NCBI GenBank assembly: GCA_028023455.1
Contig: JAQFVV010000007.1
Span: 7,068,001-7,132,000 of the forward strand
Length of the DNA: 64,000 nt
Origin: Epiperipatus broadwayi
Taxonomy: Eukaryota; Animalia; Onychophora
Reading direction: 5' to 3'
The notes under the pieces were generated by a model. That model was not told the DNA's origin. It did no database searches and was given only the letters and a program-made list of their open reading frames with translations. Shown piece by piece: positions 53,424 through 64,000 of this stretch (positions are counted from its first letter, which is position 1; each line of letters begins with the position of its first letter). A program made the translations under genes and the position numbers.

Positions 53424-55794
53424 ATTTTATTCAAGTATATAATATTATTTTTACTAAATATGAAGGCTAAATAATAATATATCACCAAATTCTCAGCTTA
53501 AACAGTATTATTTTAAGATTTCCTAAAACATAGCAGTTCTTCGTTAAAGTCTTAGCCTTGATGGGGATGAATGTTATTTCATTGAAATGTTGGAAATTAA
53601 AACAAAAATATAATACATAGTATAAATCAAATAAGATTTTATTTTTATCACATAACTGTGAAAATATTTGTTATAATATAATATATATATATTGAACTGA
53701 ATTGAAATCCGTTTCAATGGTGTTATTACCAAAAATATTTATTAAGCTTTTAATTTTCATTAAACGTTTAATGTTTAAATTTTATTATTATTTAAAAAAG
53801 AATACGTGTATCAAAATACACAAATGTTTATATGTAAAACGCTTCATTTCAATGTTTATCGATTTATTTTAAAATAGTTTTCATATACCGCTTGTTTTTA
53901 CTTTAAATCAATTAATTAAAAAACAAGCAACCTAGCTAATTACATTCCTGTGGCTTTTATGTTAATTATTGTAAACAATACTAAAAGTGGAGATTTGATT
54001 TCTATGTAGTTGTTTTCATTTCAATAATCCCTGGGTAGAATTCTTAGATAGATTGAGTGGGAGATTAATATTTGCCCTGCCTAAGGCGTAGAAATTGAAC
54101 AACAAGGAAAGTGTTTCGCGGGAAATGGAGCAACATATAAATAGCCCCAAAAATTTGGAGAGTTAGTTATTAATTATTCTTAACTAGACAAGCTGTTTTC
54201 TCAAGTGAAAGTTTATAGCAGTTTGGACATTTGAATTATTCAAGAAAATTCGCTGTTGTTAAATCTTTTTGCTTGCAACAAGATGACCAATAATATACGT
54301 GTTATCATCACCCGAATAGCTTGCTAACTCAACAAAAGATGGCTCCCTAACTTTCAAATTTGCTCCAGTAATGCTTTAAACATCTAGAAGAAGCCAGAAC
54401 CTCTTTACATCTACCTTTCCACTGTCTAAAGACCTGAAAATGAACAAAAATAATAGTGTGCACTCTATGTGAACTTTGTTTTACCAAAAGGTAATTATTT
54501 TCTTTTTTATTCTTCCCAGGGTAAATTAATTCTCATTAAATCTCCACTCAGTCTAATCATAAATATGTATTGATAAGCTTAAGTAATTTATATAGCCTCA
54601 TATTTAATATTTGCTGTGTTTTCTAATATTTTGTAGTGTGTCTTGAAATCTTAGTTTTAAAATTCCAAGTTGCTTTCAATTTTTGTTTATTGGAGAGTGA
54701 CGAGTGAGTTTTCTATTTTTATGTAAGACTTTTATAAATGCTTTAGCAGTTGTGCCTTTTAAATGCTTACCTGTAATTATGTTAATATTCAATAATTAAT
54801 TTTAAACTCTATGTTTGCCCTATTGCTAAACCTCCAAAATCTTTTGGCTGACGACTTTATTGTCTAATTTTCCGCAGGTGGGGATTTCATTTCTTATATC
54901 TCTGAAGGTGGAAATTAGAATTGTTTTTCTTTGTAATTTTATAAGTTGTCAGCAGGAAGATAAAATATATCCCTCTTTAAATTACAGGTGAGCGATACCT
55001 TCATTCTGCTAAAGTATTTAAACTTTTAATGTTTTCGTACTCATGTGCACTCTCCGAAAGATTTATTTTTGTATTTATTATGTGTGCTTTGAATTTATCA
55101 GAGTGTGTACTCAGAATTTATTTGTAAGTTTATTTTCTTTAAATGCTGGGGCAGACGTAACTGTTTTTCTAATTATTTACTTATCCCTTAAAGAGACCTT
55201 TAATTATTAATTTTAAAGTAATTTTCGCCAATCATTTGGCTGGGATTCACCAGTTTTAATTGTTTTACTTCCTTTCAATCTTATTTTTCAGTTGTTCTTG
55301 AGGTAGATCAATCACCGTTATTTTAAATGTAGTAATAGGTGCAGTTCATACCGATATAAGGATATTCGAGGTCTGACCATGTTCAGATCTCGAAAAGCTC
55401 ATCGGCACTGGTTTCTTTGATCTATTTCAAGAACGTATTGCTTAAGTATCTGAAAGTGAGAACCAATGTTTGTATGAATCCTCAGCTGAATGAAATTTGC
55501 TTCCTCTCTTTTAAATTTGTTTATTAGAGAATCAGTAGATCTGCAAGAGCATTGCATTTAGTCTTTCTGGTACACGCCTGAGCTAATCATATTTGTTAAC
55601 TTATAAACTTTTCTTATAAGTTATTCTCTGAATAAAATTTTATTAAATATGTTTAAACTTAATTTGGCTGATGTTTGTCTTTGTGCTTTTTGTCTCAATT
55701 GTCTAAACAATTTAAAATCTCTTGTTTCTTCCTGAGTCTAGTCGGCGCAAACCATCATCATCATCTATTCTGATCACAGTAAATAAATTTTCCA

Positions 55795-57710
55795 TGTGGT
55801 GTGATGTGATGTATTATGGCTTCTCCTTAAACGAAGTCAAGAATATCTCAGCAATTATGCCCAGATAAACCTGCTAGCCACTTTCTTTTACATTCCCTAC
55901 TCTAAATTTACCCATAATCTGCTCTATCCCATTTCCAAAACATAAATTTTGTCAACTCTATAACCTTTATATCTAAATCCCCCTTATCTTTTCCCAAACC
56001 CAGCATAAAAACCAATAATTCACTTTCTGTGTAATCACTCTTTTCATATTTATTTTTCCACAACTTCATTATATGAACCCTTTCTGTTTTCAAACATTTA
56101 CATTCAATTAACAAATGCCTAATATTTTCAATTCCTTCCTTACATAATTTACAAAATAAATCACCCATATTTTTCCATTTACATGTATATTCTTTTGTAG
56201 CTAAAGATCCCGTTCAAGCCTTAAACAATAAACTACTTTCCTTACTATTATCATATATTAACTCACACCTAATATTCTGTTTATTTCTATATATATTTAA
56301 ACTCTTTTTACTCTCCATACTATTTCTCCATCTCTCTAACTCCCTAGTCTTTATTAATAAATTTATTCTTTTATCCCATTCCTTACTACTATAACACTCA
56401 ATAATCCTCTTAACACAATCATCCCATCTTTTGTACAAATATACTGATATAAATTCTTTATCCAAATCTTTTGCATACCACATTACCTTTCTCACCCATC
56501 TTGTTACCTGCCCTTTACTCATAACCCAATGAAATACTATTTTAGCTATTTTTTTATTATCCATAAACTGCAATCTACCAAACATTTTCATTTTACTTTT
56601 TGCATCTCTCATATGAAAACTCGACCATCCCATTTCTCCTTGAATTGCCTCCCTTGCTGTCCATACTTCTGCATCCAATGCATGTCTTCCTATTTCTCTT
56701 TGAGCTTTTTCTAAATAATCTAATATCTTTTTACTAACATATAATGCATCATTACCATATGTTAACCCTGCTACTGCAACTCCTTTCCATATAATTCTAA
56801 CTACATCATATTTATTATATGAAAATACTGTTAATTTCTTTATCAATCCCTTTCTTTTCTTTGCTTCATTTATCAATTTTTTCTCCCATTCATCCAAATA
56901 ATTTTTCTGATTACTTAAAATAATTCCCAAATAACTATATCTATTCACCACACTTAACTTAATATCTCCCAATAAAAATTCTACATCTTCTCTTTCCTCA
57001 GTATTAACCATCATTATATTTGATTTTTCTTCACTAAATTTAATCCCCATCTCTTTACCCACCCTTGCACATGTCCTCAACATAACTTTCATATCTTCTT
57101 TTTTTTCTGCACACAAAAATATATCATCCGCAAAAAAAAAGACCTGACAAAATATATACTCCCTTACTACCTCTTAACGGCATCTCTATCCCTTTTCCTA
57201 ATCTTTCTATTGCTCTTTCCATTTCACTCAAATACAACACAAACAAATTAGGTGACATGGGGCATCCTTGCCTTAGTCCCACACCATTTTTAACTTTAAT
57301 TGATTCTATATTCTCTAATTGATATATATATAATAATTATTTTCATATAATTTCTTAATAATATCTATTAAAGCTTCATCCATTCCCAAATTTGCTAAAC
57401 TTATCCATAATCTATTTCTATTTACTCTATCGTATGCCTTCTCTGTATCTATAAAACTCATATATAACTGTTTATCTGCTTTCCTACTCATATCCATAAA
57501 TTGTGTAACTACAAATAAACTATCTCCTATACTCCTATCTAATCTAAAATCTCCTTGCATTTCACCCACTACATTATTCCCTTCCATCCATTTTACAACT
57601 TTACTAGCCACCATATACGAGAAAACTTTATATAAAACTGATGTTACCGCTATCGGTCTATAATTATTCAACTTTCTATGATCCTTACCCTTTCCTTTAA
57701 ATAATAACCT
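55795..57710 (-). mobile_element. 5'-truncated non-LTR retrotransposon (RT plus C-terminal zinc-knuckle-like motif), clade not assigned
   Basis: NYRPIAVTSVLYK, FIDTEKAYDRV, GLRQGCPMSP.LF, ADDI, YSYLGI and CKLCKEGIENIRHLLIEC; (cacat)n-like 3' tail. The ORF is broken into three pieces. Confidence 0.92.
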
Positions 57711-58348
57711 CTGTATCAGAATAGATTGATAGACAAAATTAAAATATTTCGTCCGGCACAATATGGAAACAATAAAAAATGCATAATTATATGAACTACC
57801 TAGCTTCTTTTAATAATTCAATCAGCATTTTCTTCAGACAATAGCATTAAATGACTTCTTCAAAAGCTAAACGTTAAAAAAGCTGTTGCATATTTGATAA
57901 AGTAAAAATTCCCTATAGGTTATTAATTTCTATACGTCAATAATGGTGCTTTTTTTTTTATTAAAAATAGTTTTAATCTATAGAATTTTATTACTTTATC
58001 AGATATGCAAATGTTTTTTTAAATGTGCATTTTTTGAGGAAAACCAGATTTCTGGTTAAATTATAAAAGCAGATTTCTACACAATAATTGTACTTTGTTT
58101 TTTATATAAATCACACAAAAGCAGCCAACAATTAGCAACACCAAGAATCTTAATTTGCTGTTAAACAATATGTTATTTATAAGAGAAAGATTACCTCGAT
58201 AGCAGAATGAAGGTTCTAGACACTGATAAGCATAGGCTGTGATCATGTGATTTACCTTTATAACCCAATCTACCCTTGAACAAAATCAGCTTTATTATAT
58301 ATATTCTATTCTGTTTTTTAAGAAAAAAATGCCAAAGACATATACATA

Positions 58349-58462
58349 TGTCAAGCGTTGTTAGCCGAGAGGTCATCGCAGCCACCTTGCAAGCAAGTAG
58401 TTGTTTGCAGATGGTTGTGGGTTCGCCTCCCGGCCGATGCTATGACATATGGAAAAAAAAAG
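58349..58462 (+). mobile_element. tRNA-Gly-derived SINE-like repeat, copy 5
   Basis: tgtcaa-gcgttg..ccgagaggtca...gtgggttcgcctcccggccgatgc-tatgacatatg-A-tail. Confidence 0.75.
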
Positions 58463-59439
58463 AAAAATATACATATTCAAACTGAACTACTTCCAAATAA
58501 ATTTATGTTAAAGTTGTTTTAATAATTAGACTGACACATGGTATAATTCCATCATGCAGAATTTAAATTTCCATCTATCTGGCTTTATCAGTTAGGTATC
58601 ATTTTATTCATTTACAAACCAACAATTATGCCCAAAATTTATAGGCCAGCTATAATTAATATTTAATATAGAGCATAAAAGTATTAAATTGCACTCAAAT
58701 TCAAAGGTTTTTAAATAAAGTTACAGCACCTGAAAAGATCAAGTAAGGTTAAAAAAATCATTTTATTTTTGTTTAAAAAGTCAATCTCTAATAAATTAAA
58801 TCCATAAACCTAAGTCTTAAAGTGACCATTAAAATATTTCTATTTAATTTGATTAAAACATAGGTTATATTTTATATTTATTTTTAAATGGCATTTAAAT
58901 TATAGTGTAATTTAATGATGCCACCGTCTAAATATTAATGATTGGAGATCTAGCAGGTTCTTGGGAGATTGGTATGTAGTTGATTAAATTAGTATATTGA
59001 AAAATTATAAGCTAACATAAAAGCTTTTTATTATTTTTCACTTTGGTATAAAATAAATAAATAGTTAGTCTCTCCAAAAATCATGTGATGTACAGCCAAA
59101 AATGATAGGTTGGATTTACAGTCACTTTGATATGACACTAAACCACAATGATAGTGTGTTTGTAATTTTTTTGAATAATGCTACATCTTTCTATATTACA
59201 TAATCTTGATTATGTAAATACTTCATATCAATTTGCAAAATATTTCAATTGGATCAAAGAAATTAAATTGCTTATATATTTAAACAATTAACAAACACAG
59301 CAATATTAATACACACACACATATATATATATATTCATAGTATTATTTTCAAGACATTCCCCTAATAAAAATATAATAGCTAAATAGCTGACATTTCAGT
59401 ATCCAATAGAATAACAGGTATTTTCCTCAGAGCTTCTTT

Positions 59440-59995
59440 TTTCTCAAATAATAAGAAAAAAGATTTTGATACATCAAAAATTAAGACTGTTTTGCCATAT
59501 ATGAAGACAGTAACTGATAAAATGGGTAATATTTTAAAGAAAAACAACATCCACACAAGTTATACTACATTTAAAAAAATTAATGAAGTATTTCCATACC
59601 CTAAAATAGAAATCCCTTTGGAGAGATCATGGTGTATATGAAAACAATGGACAGACCAAGAAAAGAAGAACACATTTTTGCAGTTAGATAAAAATCTAAT
59701 TCATCAGCAATTTATTCATACATTAAATAAACAAACCATGGTATCAAGTTTAATAAACATATATTCTAACAAAAATTGAACAATATGACCAGAGAGTGCT
59801 AATTATGGCAATTTTTAAAAGGTCTAAGAACATAAATAAAAAAAAAAAAAATTGGAAAAAGCTATTGGAGGATAAAATATTTTTTAAAACTTCTCAACCA
59901 ATAGAATTTGAAATTGAGGAGAAAATAACAAAGGAGAACAATAACAATTTTAAATCTCACAACACACATTCTTACAATTTGAGAAAGAAACTCTG
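59440..59995 (+). pseudogene. Penelope-like element fragment (RT C-terminus/linker and GIY-YIG endonuclease)
   Basis: LPYMKTVTDKMGNILKKNNIHT...IPLE.HGVY matches the Penelope-type LPY..G.TD.I..IL.K..I...P....GVY linker. It is followed by SAI, AI.K...NIN and HSYNLR-like traces. Confidence 0.7.
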
Positions 59996-60080
59996 AGGAA
60001 AGTACTTGTTATTGTACTAAAATATCATCTATTTAGCTATTATATTTTTATTACATGGAAGCTCCCAGAAATAATATTAC

Positions 60081-60268
60081 AAATTCATATATATAAAATG
60101 TTCAAATCACCCTCTGAAATGTTATCTTTTTTCAGCAACGCCCTCTATGAGTAAAGATAAAGTCTGAACTTCAACCAGTTTTGAGTCCTGCTGTTTATAA
60201 GTTCAGACTATGTGTTTATTCACAGAGGGTGTTGCTAAAGTGATTTGAACATTTTGTATTTGAATTTT
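60081..60268. repeat. Imperfect palindromic MITE-like element
   Basis: aaaatgttcaaatcac..cagcaacgccctct..agtctgaactt pairs with aagttcagact..agagggtgttgct..gtgatttgaacatttt. Confidence 0.7.
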
Positions 60269-61213
60269 CAGCTAGTGACATGTACTAGGATATCTTCTTA
60301 TATATATATATTATAAAAATACAAATAGTTTACATACATATTCATTTCAGAAAATACTAAATCTCTGTTTATTTTGCTCAATTTTTTGTGACAAATAAAT
60401 GATTCTTCTTAACTGAACATTTTGACATAATATAGTTTAAGAAATTGTATATATATATATTAAATTTATAGCAAAAATCAAATATAACTTTTATTTCATA
60501 TCATTGTCTAGTCATTATGTATCTCCCAATGTTATAAAATCATTAATGAGCTATCTAATGTTGGCGCTGTTAGAGATTCGCAAACTTTGAAAGCCAAACT
60601 CCATGGATTATAACTAGCCCTATCACTTCTGGTTCTCCAATTTTTATGAACTTCCAAACAATAAACCATTTGATTATTTTTATACATTAATTCTCTCGGT
60701 ACTTGATTATAAAAAAAATATTGAACCAATCTGTTTTAATCAGATGTAAACATTCAAGGTTATTCAAAGTTAAATTAAAATAATATAATTTTTTTAATAT
60801 TTTCAATTAATATTTTTAATATAAAATAAAAAGAATAATTAAAATAATGAAAATATAATTTTTATAAAAGTGCACACACATATTATTTCAATTTTTTTTA
60901 TGTTTATATAAAACCATTTTTTGTACCAAACAATAACATAGGACTAAATGGGTTGAAATTTTAAAAGATCAAAAAATACATTTGTATTTGGTTCTCAATG
61001 ATGGAAAATGTTTTGAGATCCTATTAATGATAGTGGAGATTTACTTTAAAGAAAGTATCCTCCAATTAGTCATATATAATTGATTTTCAATAGACAATTT
61101 ACTAGAAAATCAATGGCTACATAAAAAGCTCTCAAGATTCTTCCAGATTTGAATCCTTGGCTAAAGGTTATGTAAACAAATACTTCAGTTTAAAAGGTTT
61201 TATAAAAAAAAAA

Positions 61214-61328
61214 GGCTTTATTGCTCAGGAGTTCCTAAACAGTTCAAGCGCCACAGGTGCAAACACCAGAATCGATCTTGGGACCATCCGATCCCGAGTT
61301 GGATACTACCAACTGCGCCAAACAGGGC
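61214..61328 (-). mobile_element. tRNA-derived SINE head of a different family
   Basis: The minus strand has an A-box-like tggcgcagttggtag and a B-box-like agatcgattc, followed by a non-tRNA body. Confidence 0.5.
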
Positions 61329-64000
61329 AAAATAGCCCTTTCATAATTTAACGTTTTCCAATTATTATTATTTTTTTTTACTTTTTTAAAAAACTTTATT
61401 ACACAAAAGATGAATAATTGAAAAAAAATGAAAAGGTTTATTTATGTAACGGGGGAGGGATGCTAAAATTAAATAATGAAAAACACCAACAACTAATTAA
61501 AAAATAATTATATGAATAGCTATTTACGTCATGTGATGTTTAAGCATTGAAGTAGAAATATATTCAGAAAGCAATAGCCCTTGAACCTGCTACTCCACCA
61601 CTATATATCAAACCATAAACGTCATCAACTAATTAAAACACAGTAAATAATATATTTTAGATAATTTAAATCTTCCATTGGCTCTATACGTGTGTCCATG
61701 CATAACCCTATCAGTATATAGTAAAAATAATATTATGTACTTAAATAAAATACAAACTATAATACAATGATATTACAATTTATATACGCACACAGATGCA
61801 ATAGAACTATTTAAACTTGCAACAGTTAAGAAAATATTATACAGCGGCGGCGCTAACATTTCCAAGGCTTAAAGGTACTCTTAGGATGGTTTAAGTCCAT
61901 AATAAATTCATGAGCCCAACCGGCATCATTAAGAAGTTAATCTTGCAACCTAATCACCAGGATTACTTACTCTTTCTGAAATTAAGTGATGTTTTAATCT
62001 TCTTTTATTATTTAGCAATTTCTTTTATAGTTGTGAATTCCTCTTAGTAATTCCAAATGATTAAACGCTAGACATATACTTATATTTTGCAATTATCTTA
62101 TTTTTGTATATACTTTATTTTCAAAAAAAAAAAAATAATGTTATTAAAAGAATCCCAGGAGTTCAAGGAAGCAAAGAAGCCAGCAAGCAACAAACTGCAA
62201 CTTTTAAATGAATTAAAATGTATTTAAGTTTATTGACAGAACAAGAATGAGGATATTAAAGTAATTTAGCTGGAGAAATGATAAAAATTACACACGCACG
62301 CACACATATGCTATGAATTTGATGAAGTATTTTGCAGATTAGTGATTAAGACATTTCTTATCATGCTCAGTATCTAATCTTAAATTTAAACAGCACTTGA
62401 AATTTTTTACAAGTACCTTAAGTTTTCTTTACAAAATACTCCTAAATTCACTTTCCACAATACTTTGTTAAAATATAGGGGATTTGAACTCATACTTCCA
62501 AGCCACTTCACACTTTTATGACAATTTCGACTGCCTAATGACTTCTTCAGTTCTCACAACATATCTCTCTAATTTCAAATTTGTTTGTGATTTAAAGAAA
62601 GGTTTGTTGCAAGATATGAAAAAGGTCACCTGAGAATTGAAAGTGTCATGATAAATTAAATAAAAGCATTACTGAAGTTGCATTTAAAAGATATGTGTGT
62701 GTGTGTTTTTTAAAGATTTAATGTAAGCAATACTAAGAGTAGAAAAAAAAGATTTAACATGTTAGCTGAAGATTTATGAGAAATTAAAAATCTTTATGAG
62801 ATAAATTATGGTTATTGAATGAATTATGAATGAATGGTAATCTGAAACGTGTTAGCTAGAAAGTAAACAACAAAATGCTAAAATCTTTATTTCTCCACTC
62901 ATGTATGAAGGGGTGCTAAAGAAGTTTTAGTTTTCAGTGACTATTAAAAGACGTTTACTTTATATATATATATACTTATAAATTAACTTCCATCATAATT
63001 TGATGAATAAATGATGTAAAAGCATCAGGTAATCTTATAACATTGTATTAAAACTTTCAAGGTAAAACATATTACTGATGAGTGAAGACTCCGAGGCTGA
63101 TCAGTGTAAAGGTAATATAAAAATAAAGAAAAGGTAAATATGCTGAAGTATATTTTAATAATCACTAATATATATATTTTTTAATTTTACATCGACATTC
63201 TATTATTCCTTTAATTTTGAAAACTTGTTGAAAGAATCTGCTAGAGAGTTGTTATTATGCTAGATGCTATTGTCTCTTATAAAGCAAAGTTTACTGTTAA
63301 AGAAATTGAAAACAGCACCATAATGATATCAAATACATGAACATCAGCATCTTATATACATATGGATGCATTTGTGTTTTACATATTGATATGTATAGTC
63401 ATGATAAATTCATTCTTTTATTCTTTTTTGCTTTCTCGGAGTCTTTTCCCTTCTGGAGTTAAAACAATCTTTTTCATTCATAAGAGTCTTCTTTCTTTTG
63501 GAGTCAAAATAGTACTTCTCATTCATAAGTAATTGCCAATGAATATGGATAAAAAATTGTACAACATGGCAATACTGCCTAATAATTTCAGCATTTTAAT
63601 GTTTTGTATAAGTTATTTACTGATCAATTTACTTTATAATTGTCATTGGTAATAGAGGATGAAACAAACATAAAATATTCTGAGACATATAATAAAAATA
63701 ATGATTTTAATCTCAGAAAATTCTTGCACGTTTAGTATTTAAGCATAATCACAAAACTTTTAATAATGGTGAAATTACTGCTTCACAAAAGCAGTAAATG
63801 TTAATATTGGAGATTTACAAATGAGAAATAAAAATGAAGTTATAACAAATATATCAAATAAAGATGAAGAAACATCATATTCCAATAATTCATTTAGTGG
63901 TGCCATTACAGAGGGATCTCAAGAATTAATGTCAAAAAACTTTTTATTTGTATTCAGAAGCTTTAATCAGCAGTGGAAAAACTTGGTTAACTAAAGGGAT

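Noticed and set aside
61490-62000. Possible promoter (tacgtcatgtga motif, gcggcggcg) or splice donor
   Set aside because: Short motifs expected by chance, with no linked exon or ORF.
63440-63530. Two ~48-bp tandem units (ggagt.aaa...ttcattcataag) as a CRISPR-like or coding repeat
   Set aside because: Only two diverged units, a eukaryotic context, no cas genes and no supported ORF.

Overview
This is AT-rich, CpG-depleted eukaryotic DNA, probably from an arthropod (inferred from the transposon repertoire only). I cannot support any intact host gene, true tRNA/rRNA gene or CRISPR array; most of the supplied short ORFs are transposon fragments or chance. The window is a graveyard of mobile elements: RTE-type LINE relics, another non-LTR element, a Penelope-like fragment, Merlin, pogo/Tigger and hAT remnants, tRNA-Gly-derived short repeats, and many hairpin or foldback elements. 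The centrepiece is a minus-strand Ty3/gypsy retrotransposon (29003-35355) with ~1.53-kb LTRs, a tRNA-Lys-type PBS and a decayed pol. Its gag/protease region has been replaced by a 664-bp inverted copy of its own integration junction (host flank plus LTR end). This builds a ~1-kb nested hairpin (33158-34157) that lies downstream of the 5' LTR promoter and could be a natural siRNA or 'killer' locus (inference). Also notable are a perfect 81-bp-arm palindrome (41626-41796) and an asymmetric hairpin repeat family with a 15-bp flanking direct repeat.
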